IMG/VR virus record: IMGVR_UViG_3300009034_000007
Span: 1-64,000 of that record
Length of the DNA stretch: 64,000 nucleotides
Strand: one strand, 5' to 3'
Source of the DNA: a virus
The notes beneath the pieces are model-generated. The model was given only the letters and a program-made list of their open reading frames with translations, was not told where the DNA came from and did no database searches. Within the stretch, counting starts at the first letter, position 1; each line of letters starts with the position of its first letter. Of this stretch, positions 19,036 to 27,933 are shown one piece after another. The position numbers and the translations under genes were made by a program.

Positions 19036-19342
19036 TACTGTCCTCTTTCTCAAGAATGTATTCTGCAAGTGTTATCCACATCAATAACCAGCCAGCTTTT
19101 TGACTACCGACTTCAACACGAACAGCCACACCGCTCCCTTCATGTATGACAATACCACATGCGTCCTTAGATAAACCTTTACCGAGCGCACGATAAAGTG
19201 TAACAAGTTTCTCTCGTATTTCCCACCAGCGAGGGACTGCTACCTTTTTACGGGCCTCGTATTCTTCCTTCTCTTTAAGAAGGTCTTCCTTAATGATGCC
19301 ATCCATCGCAAGTCCCATCCTCGCTCCAATAATCCCATTCAT
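19028..19342 (-). CDS. hypothetical protein
   Basis: 104-aa ORF in operon. Confidence 0.55.
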   Translation of the reverse strand: MNGIIGARMGLAMDGIIKEDLLKEKEEYEARKKVAVPRWWEIREKLVTLYRALGKGLSKDACGIVIHEGSGVAVRVEVGSQKAGWLLMWITLAEYILEKEDSNG

Positions 19343-19835
19343 GGTTAGCGTGACCGTTATTGTACTTCACTGGATGACAATTCTTCCTATCCTCTGCACC
19401 CTCGCCTTCTCCCTGTTCACAATGACAAAATACCGCCTCCACTGTTGGAGTTGGCGGTATTAATGTATTAGTAGGAACAACAACTGTTACTGTCGGTGTC
19501 GGCGTCGCCTCGACTGGTGGCGTGACCGTCCCTTTCGGGGTCGGACTCGGCCCTTGTTCTGTTTCCGTAGCCGTCGGTCCTTCCGTAACTGTCGGTGTTT
19601 GCGTAGGGACTTCGCCATCACATACACACTCCTTAATTTCTACTAGTAATTTAATAATTTCAAGATGGGTATGTTGTGCAATAGTATCTTTTAATGTATC
19701 ACAACTACCCGAACATAATTTATAATCAACAACGTAAGCATTTTTCTTTGTTGCTAGATTGTAACCCATACCAAACATCCCACCAGCAAAAAGTATTACA
19801 ATCACTGCTCCAGCAATTATCCTTAAAATCTTCAT
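19290..19835 (-). CDS. membrane-anchored Pro/Thr-rich protein
   Basis: N-terminal TM/signal, PTxTP linker, Cys/His-rich C-terminus. Confidence 0.7.
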   Translation of the reverse strand: MKILRIIAGAVIVILFAGGMFGMGYNLATKKNAYVVDYKLCSGSCDTLKDTIAQHTHLEIIKLLVEIKECVCDGEVPTQTPTVTEGPTATETEQGPSPTPKGTVTPPVEATPTPTVTVVVPTNTLIPPTPTVEAVFCHCEQGEGEGAEDRKNCHPVKYNNGHANHEWDYWSEDGTCDGWHH

Positions 19836-20413
19836 TTCCTTGCCTCCAATTCTATGTCTGATTGGACTTCATTCCCCCAAGAATCCCAACCGCTTACTTT
19901 TTGTCTTGCGAATAATTCAACCCTCGGTAAATCACCAAATAGTTGCACGATTCTGTCTCTGACCTCTCCAGGTTTTTCAGAATGGCGACCTCTTGGTGTG
20001 ATAACCAAATTTCTAACGCTTCTATCAAGTCTTTCCAGTATTTTTCCTCGTGTTCCGAGGAGACAGATTTCAGGGTTTGCACGCGTATAATATCCCAGGC
20101 CCATATGAAAATCTTTATCGAGATTAACTATTGGACCTCGTGATTTAGGCCACAGCTTTACCCATGTAAAAGCTACAGTCTTATATTTGAATTTCCACGC
20201 TTTCATAACTTTCAAAGCGTCTAATAAATTTGGATACGTAGCCCACAAGAATAGCATAGCATTATCAGCCGCAATATCCTTGATGGGTAGTTTACAAATA
20301 TCCTCTACATTCATAGTAGGATATTTATGGCTGACGTGTCGATCCGACTTAGCTACATTCCAGACTGAGAAGTGCCAGGGCGGGTCTGCGTAGATGATGT
20401 TGTACATTCCCAT
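19832..20413 (-). CDS. MT-A70 family adenine methyltransferase
   Basis: IYADPPW, LFLWAT, FTWVK, HSEKP, ELFAR. Confidence 0.92.
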   Translation of the reverse strand: MGMYNIIYADPPWHFSVWNVAKSDRHVSHKYPTMNVEDICKLPIKDIAADNAMLFLWATYPNLLDALKVMKAWKFKYKTVAFTWVKLWPKSRGPIVNLDKDFHMGLGYYTRANPEICLLGTRGKILERLDRSVRNLVITPRGRHSEKPGEVRDRIVQLFGDLPRVELFARQKVSGWDSWGNEVQSDIELEARK

Positions 20414-20544
20414 ATTCCTTTCCGCGAGTCAAAATACCACGCCTTCTTACAGAACTCGCAATAATATAGATTAGGTCTTCGTCCGTCTAGTAATGCTATT
20501 CGACCACGAATTTTTGTACATCCATTACAATCAGGACATCTCAT
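20353..20544 (-). CDS. zinc-ribbon protein
   Basis: CPDC...CEFC. Confidence 0.5.
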   Translation of the reverse strand: MRCPDCNGCTKIRGRIALLDGRRPNLYYCEFCKKAWYFDSRKGIWECTTSSTQTRPGTSQSGM

Positions 20545-20706
20545 GGTAGTTTACTCATTGTAACTAGAAAATAAACTATCCAGGCAGTTATCAAGAAGAT
20601 AACAGCATTAATCATTGCCCTTCGTAATTTCTTTTCCTCATCCATATTATACCTTTCCGCACCCTCTCCGCCCACCCCTACCGTTGGCCGTAGTCACCGT
20701 AATAAT

Positions 20707-21009
20707 CTAAGGTGTACTTAGATCGATACCTAATTTATCAAAGAAAGGTTTAGCAATATAGTTATAGAATAATCCCGCGGTCATTACACCTAAGAACATC
20801 TGATTCACTTTGACAATGTAAGGTGCAACCACAGGGAATAATTCACTTGCTAACCAGCCTAACCCAAACACTGCGGCAATTGCTACAGCCGCCTTCGGTG
20901 CGGATTCACTATCAACGAACTTGAATACTTTCAAGCCTTGTACACCAAGTAAAACGTTTACTGCGATAGGAATTCCACCAAGCAATAATACAAGAACTTC
21001 CTCTTCCAT
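20707..21009 (-). CDS. holin-like membrane protein
   Basis: 100 aa with three hydrophobic helices, GGAGG RBS; holin role is inference only. Confidence 0.45.
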   Translation of the reverse strand: MEEEVLVLLLGGIPIAVNVLLGVQGLKVFKFVDSESAPKAAVAIAAVFGLGWLASELFPVVAPYIVKVNQMFLGVMTAGLFYNYIAKPFFDKLGIDLSTP

Positions 21010-21019
21010 CGTACGCCTC

Positions 21020-21349
21020 CTATGCGTCTAAGTTACGGGGCGGTTTTAGCCCTCGTTGTTCATACCACTGATCACTTCTAGCTGGCCCTGGAGTATCATC
21101 CTCTGCTACAGCTTCTTCCTCATCTATAAAATCAAACGAAGAAACAAATTCAACACTCGCTCTCTCTGGAAGTGAAGGCTGTGCTAACACATCCTTCTCA
21201 GCCTCAGCCTCTAGAAGCTGTCTCACGGCCTCTCTTAAAGTACGGATGGGAATATATCCGCCTCCAAGATTACTTAACTTGTAACCGTGTACATTGGTAT
21301 AAAGTTCTATTAATTCCTTCCGTGTCATCTCGTCAACTAATTTTTCCAT
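21020..21349 (-). CDS. hypothetical protein
   Basis: 109-aa ORF with RBS. Confidence 0.65.
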   Translation of the reverse strand: MEKLVDEMTRKELIELYTNVHGYKLSNLGGGYIPIRTLREAVRQLLEAEAEKDVLAQPSLPERASVEFVSSFDFIDEEEAVAEDDTPGPARSDQWYEQRGLKPPRNLDA

Positions 21350-21359
21350 TGTACTCCCT

Positions 21360-21557
21360 CTAACATGTATTTATATCCTCCAATACTCCTTCAATAATCT
21401 TCGGAGAAATATATCCTTCTTTAAGCATAGCAAAAAGAATTTGTATAAAGATATCTCTGTCAAAAATTACAGCATCCTTTGTTGTCAGAAAAGCCTTATC
21501 CTTCCCCTTGATAATAATAGAATTAACAACGGGAAGAAATGTGACAGAAATCTCCAT
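21360..21557 (-). CDS. hypothetical protein
   Basis: 65-aa coupled ORF. Confidence 0.6.
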   Translation of the reverse strand: MEISVTFLPVVNSIIIKGKDKAFLTTKDAVIFDRDIFIQILFAMLKEGYISPKIIEGVLEDINTC

Positions 21558-21922
21558 TAATTAACCTTTGCACCTGCGTTAAGAATTTCCTCAAAGTCAT
21601 CTTCAAAAATCATATCACCGAATTCCATAGGAATTGAATTCATATGCATCAAAATTGATGCAATAGCATTTTCCTCTGTATCATCAAGAATCATCAGTGA
21701 GAAATCCTTTTCAATCCATGATTCGGGGTCGTCTGGTGTTTCGCTAACAGCTACGCACAATTTTCCAACTACTTTGTACAGACTATCATCCTCATTTTGT
21801 GACATAGATTCAATACTAACCGTCATCCTACGACCTCGATAGTTACGCTCTTGTGATCTTTGAAGAATTTCTTCTACTTTAAGTTCTAACTCAGTCTTTT
21901 CTAATTCCTTTTTCTTACCCAT
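21557..21922 (-). CDS. hypothetical protein
   Basis: Acidic ORF; AGGAG RBS before MGKKK. Confidence 0.6.
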   Translation of the reverse strand: MGKKKELEKTELELKVEEILQRSQERNYRGRRMTVSIESMSQNEDDSLYKVVGKLCVAVSETPDDPESWIEKDFSLMILDDTEENAIASILMHMNSIPMEFGDMIFEDDFEEILNAGAKVN

Positions 21923-22647
21923 TATATTGATCTCCTTGTCCACTTTGAGAACGGCTCTAAAATAGTAAACAAATCTTCTAGAATTTCTACATCAGCTATA
22001 TTATGGTCTAATACTTCCTTTAATATTTTTGCATCTCCATATCTAGCGGCAAACCATTCGTCTATGTGAAGATGTGTCTTACCATCTATTCCCAAGAAAC
22101 GAGTCACAGCGTCTAAGGTGTTTTTATGAATTTGCAACAATGCCCTGGCTCTATAATATGCATCAAAATGATATATAGACCCATAAGCAGGGAATATGTA
22201 TCCCCAATACAACGCTCTACTCCGCATATATGGAACATCAAACCGCGTCCCATAGTAAGTGACAATAATATCTAAATTATGTAACTCGTTTATTAATTCT
22301 CGAACAAGCCTCTTATCAAATGTTCCATTTAAAATTTCCCGCCGAGTAATTACGGCTGACTTGACTGGACCATTACGATATTTGATTGCCCAAGAAGTCA
22401 TAAAACCAGCATTAGCTTTGAAATCCGAAGTTTCAATATCTATAAAACCCATCGTCAAACCTTCATACCAAAGCTGTTGGTTTTTTAGTAAGAATTTCTC
22501 GCCCCGTCTAAAGCAATTCGGGTGCGTCTTCTTCGTATGTCGGTGGATGCATCTTTCTTCGCCGCGACGTTTTATTGATGCCTGAATTTCGCGACCTTTT
22601 GGCCCCTTTAATGCATCCTTGACTTCCTTTAATAATTTGATTCTCAT
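21922..22647 (-). CDS. DEDD 3'-5' exonuclease (RNase H-like fold)
   Basis: IDIETS, YGTRFDVPY, HNIADV. Confidence 0.85.
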   Translation of the reverse strand: MRIKLLKEVKDALKGPKGREIQASIKRRGEERCIHRHTKKTHPNCFRRGEKFLLKNQQLWYEGLTMGFIDIETSDFKANAGFMTSWAIKYRNGPVKSAVITRREILNGTFDKRLVRELINELHNLDIIVTYYGTRFDVPYMRSRALYWGYIFPAYGSIYHFDAYYRARALLQIHKNTLDAVTRFLGIDGKTHLHIDEWFAARYGDAKILKEVLDHNIADVEILEDLFTILEPFSKWTRRSI

Positions 22648-22734
22648 AACACTCCTCGCAGTTTGCACAAATCTCGATTTCGTCGTCTGTTAATTCCTCA
22701 AAACAAAATGCACAAATTCTAATTCTAACTGTCA

Positions 22735-23115
22735 TTATCGTTTCCTTGCTAAAAACTTATCAAGTTTTGCAATTGCTTTTTCACTCAGTAGACGTTTTGA
22801 TGCTACGTCATATGCAAAACCTACGTCTGTAAATTTTCCTCCTAATATGTAGCCTAGTATTCCACAAGTTTTCTTGAATTTCTTGGCTACACGTTTTCGA
22901 GTTACGTTCATCATATCTCCTACTTCCGCAAAACTGTAGCCTGAAGCAATTTTGTCGATAATAGTTACCTCCTCATTTGAAATCAATCCTTCCCCATATA
23001 ATCGCTTTATAAGTATCTGAATACTCAAAGCGTTGTTATACACATCGTTATTGATGTCTCCAGATTCTAGTATAATGTATAGTGACCTAACATATTCTTC
23101 AACGATTCTAGACAT
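22735..23115 (-). CDS. sigma region-4-like helix-turn-helix protein
   Basis: GYSFAEVGDMMNVTRKRVAK. Confidence 0.6.
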   Translation of the reverse strand: MSRIVEEYVRSLYIILESGDINNDVYNNALSIQILIKRLYGEGLISNEEVTIIDKIASGYSFAEVGDMMNVTRKRVAKKFKKTCGILGYILGGKFTDVGFAYDVASKRLLSEKAIAKLDKFLARKR

Positions 23116-23877
23116 CTAAATTTCCCTATCACATATTCCTCGATAAATACAATTTTCGCACTTTCCCCACCCACCTATTCTACCAAACTCCTTACTGATA
23201 CTTGCTTCATCTTCCTTGTTTCTCATATTATACACTATTTCTGCTGTTTTGTCAAGTATCAATTCTGCATCCCGTAACAAGGTTTCCCTCATATCTATAT
23301 TATAACACGTTCCGCTTAGTAAATGGCCAAAATAGATTCCATCTGGATCAGTATCAAACAGTTTCCTGTAAGCCCACCAGTAAAGCATAAACTGAATATC
23401 TCGTAACTCCCAACGACTAGGAGGCTTTTGACTTGTCTTCCAGTCATAGACAATATTACTATCAATTCGGTCCATTTTACCTATAAGATACACATCATTT
23501 CCATTCACAGGATCATATACCACAGGAATTCTGAATGAATGTTCTATCAAAACCTGTTCTGATAGGTCTAATCGAGGACGTATCTTCTCAATATAATTAG
23601 TCATCAACTTGACGATACTCTTAGGAGGATGCTTCGATTTCCATCGTTTTGATAGAAATTTTGTTCTACGATACCAATCTTCATTAGCCCAATCTATTAT
23701 TTCATCTAGAGGAATCTCATTTTTATCCAGTTTTTCAATAGCTTTATGAATAACTGTCCCTAAGATCATATGTTCTGAGGGAATCGAAGCCTTTGAGTGA
23801 TAGACGCGATAATAGTATCGTCGCGGACACGCCCAAAAATCCTTAATGCTTGATGCTGATAACAGTATTTTTCCCAT
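23116..23877 (-). CDS. RecB/Cas4-like PD-(D/E)xK exonuclease
   Basis: SASSI...CPRRYY, GTVIH, GKMDRI, DWKT, Q..LY, C..C.Y..IC. Confidence 0.85.
   Translation of the reverse strand: MGKILLSASSIKDFWACPRRYYYRVYHSKASIPSEHMILGTVIHKAIEKLDKNEIPLDEIIDWANEDWYRRTKFLSKRWKSKHPPKSIVKLMTNYIEKIRPRLDLSEQVLIEHSFRIPVVYDPVNGNDVYLIGKMDRIDSNIVYDWKTSQKPPSRWELRDIQFMLYWWAYRKLFDTDPDGIYFGHLLSGTCYNIDMRETLLRDAELILDKTAEIVYNMRNKEDEASISKEFGRIGGWGKCENCIYRGICDREI
23227..23255 (-). promoter_or_regulatory. consensus sigma70 promoter embedded in CDS
   Basis: TTGACA-N17-TATAAT. Confidence 0.65.
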
Positions 23878-24260
23878 TAGTATTCCGTCATATTCCGATT
23901 GAATTGTTTTGTCTTCCATACATCTATCATATCACGCATTACTTGAAATGTTAACTTAAGTTGTTCAAGTCTTCCCAACTTTACCGATATATGATTTCGG
24001 ATATGATTAAGTTGTTCATAGGTTTCATCATCATAACCAACCTTATGATAAGTTGATTCGATAAAATTAAACGCAGGAGGTTTGAAGTTCCCCTTGCTGT
24101 CTGGTCCAACCCAATAATCCTCAACTTTCATAACCACGCCCGTAATTTTAGCTTGAACTTCGCTTAGGGCATTTTTATATACCGCTACTTCGGTAGTCAA
24201 TACTCCAACCTCATTAGCAATCTTCAACATTTCCTCGAAGTCTGGTAAGTTATCCGTCAT
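23877..24260 (-). CDS. coiled-coil hypothetical protein
   Basis: 127-aa ORF, GGAGG RBS. Confidence 0.65.
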   Translation of the reverse strand: MTDNLPDFEEMLKIANEVGVLTTEVAVYKNALSEVQAKITGVVMKVEDYWVGPDSKGNFKPPAFNFIESTYHKVGYDDETYEQLNHIRNHISVKLGRLEQLKLTFQVMRDMIDVWKTKQFNRNMTEY

Positions 24261-24723
24261 GTTGTTCCTCCTTGTAATCTAAATAATCTCTAATCTGTAT
24301 GTATTTCTCGACATTTGCTAGGCTCTTAGCCAATACATCATCATCTGGCATCATAGAATTTAAGATAGGTTGTAGCTTTCTCCTAAGATCATCCACAGTC
24401 ATTCCCTCCGTATAAGTCTCCACAGGATCAAAATCTAAAGTCTCATCAAATAAATGAATACCCCACAATGTACATATAGACTGAATAACAATGGGAGAAG
24501 TTTCCTGTACATCACTGATATATTGTACACTATAACCCTTGGTAGCCATTTCAACAATAGGGAAATCCGAAAGAATATAAACACAGGCCCGTTCCACGTT
24601 AGATTTACGGCACAAAAGTTCTACAATAACATCCCATAACGTAGCATTCGGATTCTTGTTATATACTTCCTCTGCTATCTCAGCCAATTCTTCATCGTGT
24701 TCAAATAAATTATTCATTCGCAT
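24250..24723 (-). CDS. hypothetical protein
   Basis: 157-aa coupled ORF. Confidence 0.65.
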   Translation of the reverse strand: MRMNNLFEHDEELAEIAEEVYNKNPNATLWDVIVELLCRKSNVERACVYILSDFPIVEMATKGYSVQYISDVQETSPIVIQSICTLWGIHLFDETLDFDPVETYTEGMTVDDLRRKLQPILNSMMPDDDVLAKSLANVEKYIQIRDYLDYKEEQHDG

Positions 24724-25147
24724 TTAACTTCTCCCGTAAATCTATGTTCTCTCGATCTAAATCCTCCATTTCCTGTAATAAGCTATGAAAAGCGTCAAAA
24801 TCAAAAACTATAAAATATCGAACATCTGTTCTAGACCCTGAAAATTTACATATCAAACAAGGAATATCATTAAAATTAGCCTCTGCCTCTTCCCGAATTT
24901 TCTCCAGCCACTCCCTTTTTAATGCCAGTTGAGTAGCACCACCATACCCTGTCTTTGCGTCGGCTCGTAATCGTCTAGATAGAAAACGATATACACCAAT
25001 CAAGTCTCCTCGTAGATTATCCCAATCCATAATTGTTCCAAGAGAACCTGATCCTGGTATCCTTCTCCAAGATTCGGGATATTTTTTATTTAGGATTTTT
25101 ATGGCATCATTTTCCCAACGTATACCTTTATCTTTTGATCTAACCAT
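24710..25147 (-). CDS. Holliday junction resolvase (Hjc-like)
   Basis: KGIRWE, RRIPGSG, GDL, ADAK. Confidence 0.7.
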   Translation of the reverse strand: MVRSKDKGIRWENDAIKILNKKYPESWRRIPGSGSLGTIMDWDNLRGDLIGVYRFLSRRLRADAKTGYGGATQLALKREWLEKIREEAEANFNDIPCLICKFSGSRTDVRYFIVFDFDAFHSLLQEMEDLDRENIDLREKLNANE

Positions 25148-26504
25148 TTTTATAGTCAACCTTCTTGAAATCGATACTTTCAGGATTGGTATTATCGATG
25201 ATACAAAATGTGCTACTGTCTACTCTAAATTGTAAACGTGCTGTTGGTCCATTTCTCTGTTTCAAAATATGCATCTCAAGTGGTGGACGGACTTTTTCAC
25301 TATCAGGAAGCAATTCATATTGATCTGGACGATAAAGCCCTAGCACTACATCAGCATCTTCTTCGATATTTCCACTCTGCCGAATATCAGACAGAATAGG
25401 TCGTTTATCTTCACGATCTTCTACCTTCCTATTTAACTGTGATGCTATCAGCATCGTAATATCTAAGTCAACAGCCAATAATTTCAACATACGTGAAATC
25501 CTACCAAGTTCTGCTGTTTGATCATCGGACCTTTCAGCAAGAAGCTGAATATAATCAATAACAACTACAGCCAGTTGTGGAAATTGACGTTTATATTTCC
25601 GTATGATACCAGCCGCATAATAAATATCACCAGTAATATTTGTATCAAACCACATTGGTAGCTCGGATAAAGTCTTCTTAGCACGTTTCAAATCGTTAAT
25701 TTTACCTGCTAAATTTCCAAATTTGATATCAGTGTGATCTATTTCAGCTAAGTGAGCAAACATGCGTTCTATAACATTTTGTAGACTCATTTCTTTCTGG
25801 AAAAATAAAACTCCATGTCCTTCCTTGGCTACTGCAAGACCCATCTGACTCATTGTAGCGGATTTACCGTGTCCTGGTCTGGACATCACAATCCACGACT
25901 CACCACCAAACATACCACCAGTATGATAATCCAATAACGGTAAACCAGTAGCAAGTCCAGGTTGTTTCTTATCATCTTGTCTAAAACGTTCGTCAACTAC
26001 CTTATAAGCTTGTTCTGCCGCCTCTGCCGCACTTACTACACCGTTAGTAGAAACTTTACCCTCAATATTATCAACTTCTTCTCGTACTTTATTTAGCAAG
26101 TCCTCGGTATTAGAAAATGAACCCAACCAACCAGGGATTTGCTCTCCAATACGGATTACCTGACTCGCTCTATAAGCATCAATAACGGCTTTACGATAAA
26201 GTTCAAAACTGGCATTTATTTGAAATTCTTTCAAGCGAGTAATATACGATTCTCCGCCTGAAAAATCTAATTTATTTGTAGCACTAAGACGCCTCAACAC
26301 AGCTTCGGCTGTTACAATAGGCTCATTTTCTTCGCGAACAACGCCAAGCATAGCCTCATAAATATTTCTATGTAGACCCGATGAAAGCATATAGGGTCTA
26401 ACTGTTACTTGTGCCGATTCAAAATTCTCAGGTTGTTGAATAATAAGTGCTAAAAAATTAAATTCATTATCATGACTAAATCTTTCAACGTGAGCCACAT
26501 CCAT
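25140..26504 (-). CDS. dnaB: replicative DNA helicase
   Basis: SRPGHGKS, KEMS, IDYIQL, SQLNR, DIRQSGNIEEDAD, KQRNGPT. Confidence 0.95.
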   Translation of the reverse strand: MDVAHVERFSHDNEFNFLALIIQQPENFESAQVTVRPYMLSSGLHRNIYEAMLGVVREENEPIVTAEAVLRRLSATNKLDFSGGESYITRLKEFQINASFELYRKAVIDAYRASQVIRIGEQIPGWLGSFSNTEDLLNKVREEVDNIEGKVSTNGVVSAAEAAEQAYKVVDERFRQDDKKQPGLATGLPLLDYHTGGMFGGESWIVMSRPGHGKSATMSQMGLAVAKEGHGVLFFQKEMSLQNVIERMFAHLAEIDHTDIKFGNLAGKINDLKRAKKTLSELPMWFDTNITGDIYYAAGIIRKYKRQFPQLAVVVIDYIQLLAERSDDQTAELGRISRMLKLLAVDLDITMLIASQLNRKVEDREDKRPILSDIRQSGNIEEDADVVLGLYRPDQYELLPDSEKVRPPLEMHILKQRNGPTARLQFRVDSSTFCIIDNTNPESIDFKKVDYKNG

Positions 26505-26674
26505 GTCTTACTCCATAATTGTAAGAATTTAACACCATTACATTTTCGACGGAAAGGATACCAGTATACTATGAAAAAGTCTGAAGGATTCTCAACGCCA
26601 TGCAAGAAACCGACAGTCTCAGCCATAGTCCCAAGGAAACGTAACCAACCGTTCTCTAAAACAATAGCGTCAAA

Positions 26675-26745
26675 CAGGGGTTGAGAGGCTCGAACTCCCG
26701 AATACAGTTTTGGAGACTGCTGTTTTTCCACTAAACTAAACCCCT
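26675..26745 (-). tRNA. tRNA-Trp (CCA)
   Basis: Cloverleaf AGGGGTT TA GTTT AGTGGAA AAAC A GCAGT CTCCAAA ACTGT ATTC GGGAG TTCGAGC CTCTC AACCCCT G; 3' CCA not encoded. Confidence 0.9.
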
Positions 26746-26756
26746 GTTATGAAGGT

Positions 26757-27623
26757 CTACTCTGCTGATCCTTCATGAGTAAATAAGTCTTGCACCAATT
26801 CACCTGCCGTATCACTTAAAGCTTCCTGAAGTTCGGACGAAATTTCAGCTTCCTCTTGTGCTCGTCTGGCCGCAAAAATATCAGCCAACGACACCCCTTC
26901 TGTAGCCCTTACCATTTCTTCAGGACTTAACTGAACGCCAATACTGGACAAGACGTATTTCTCCAATTCAAACTCATCTAAAATTGGAGTTATATCATCA
27001 ACATTCTGATACAACGGAACAACCGATATGGTCATACTCTGCTTTTTGCCAAGCGTTACCAGTTTAATATCAAACGTATTGATACCACCTGATTCCTCAC
27101 CAGTGTCATCATCAATAGCCAAAGATTCTAGATGGAACGTCTTGATTAACTCAAATAGTCGTTTTCCACGTTCAAGAACTTTGATCGTATTGGATGGTGC
27201 TGGTTGCTGATCAACCAAGCTTCGTAAACCATCAGATGTTACAGTCGGAAATGTTACTGCCTTACCAGAAACCACTCCATAATATTCCTCTCCAGTCTCA
27301 GGGTCTTTTACTACTGGAGTACGATCTAGAACATTAACCATCCAACGATACTGTCGAGGGAGATAACCCTTGACATCACCAAAATCGTCAGGATATTGTG
27401 CTCGAATTTCTGCATTCTTTTTACAAATTGGGCATTCATCACCTAGACACATAATAGGAAATGGTTTCCCTATTCTAATCCAGTGTCGCATGATGCCATA
27501 AGCATTTTCATCTAGAATTCGGACGATTCGAGGAGAACCTTCAAGAAACGATACAAATTTGGGTCTTTTATAAGGAATGAAATCCTCACTAAACCCTTCT
27601 GGAAATGTTACAAAATCACCCAT
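26757..27623 (-). CDS. single-stranded DNA-binding protein (gp32-like)
   Basis: VRIL, RHWI, C....CPIC, WMVNVLDR, acidic C-terminus; located next to RecA and DnaB. Confidence 0.75.
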   Translation of the reverse strand: MGDFVTFPEGFSEDFIPYKRPKFVSFLEGSPRIVRILDENAYGIMRHWIRIGKPFPIMCLGDECPICKKNAEIRAQYPDDFGDVKGYLPRQYRWMVNVLDRTPVVKDPETGEEYYGVVSGKAVTFPTVTSDGLRSLVDQQPAPSNTIKVLERGKRLFELIKTFHLESLAIDDDTGEESGGINTFDIKLVTLGKKQSMTISVVPLYQNVDDITPILDEFELEKYVLSSIGVQLSPEEMVRATEGVSLADIFAARRAQEEAEISSELQEALSDTAGELVQDLFTHEGSAE

Positions 27624-27624
27624 T

Positions 27625-27933
27625 TTAAACCTCCTGTTCTGAGTCTTCTAAGTCGCCATTCAAGAGCTGTTGTAGTTCATCGTAGGCATCTGATCGGATT
27701 TGCTGTAAAGCCCCTATAGCTTCTCCGAGATTAAACCCATGAAGACGAGTATTAAGCTCAATGTATTTGCGATATTCTAGCTCTATAGTTACCATGAGAA
27801 TATAGTACAACTTTGCTATGATGTCTGGATTTGTAGCATGTTCCTCTGGCACTTCTAGAAACCGATCCGCGAAACGAATATTCTTAAACTCACCTAGAAA
27901 GTACAACCTATCAATCCCTATTTCTCTTTTCAT
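27625..27933 (-). CDS. hypothetical protein
   Basis: 102-aa coupled ORF. Confidence 0.65.
   Translation of the reverse strand: MKREIGIDRLYFLGEFKNIRFADRFLEVPEEHATNPDIIAKLYYILMVTIELEYRKYIELNTRLHGFNLGEAIGALQQIRSDAYDELQQLLNGDLEDSEQEV

Noticed and set aside
20650-20700. G-rich tract as a G-quadruplex
   Set aside because: G runs are irregular and only three reach 3 G; weak support
22508-22735. 75-aa Cys-rich ORF
   Set aside because: N-terminal CxxC part may be real, but about 140 nt overlap the exonuclease; not enough support to call
23116-23877. Cas4 as part of a CRISPR system
   Set aside because: No array or other cas genes; typical phage recombination exonuclease context
26450-26731. 93-aa minus-strand and 70-aa plus-strand ORFs
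   Set aside because: They overlap the tRNA-Trp and the dnaB start; no motifs
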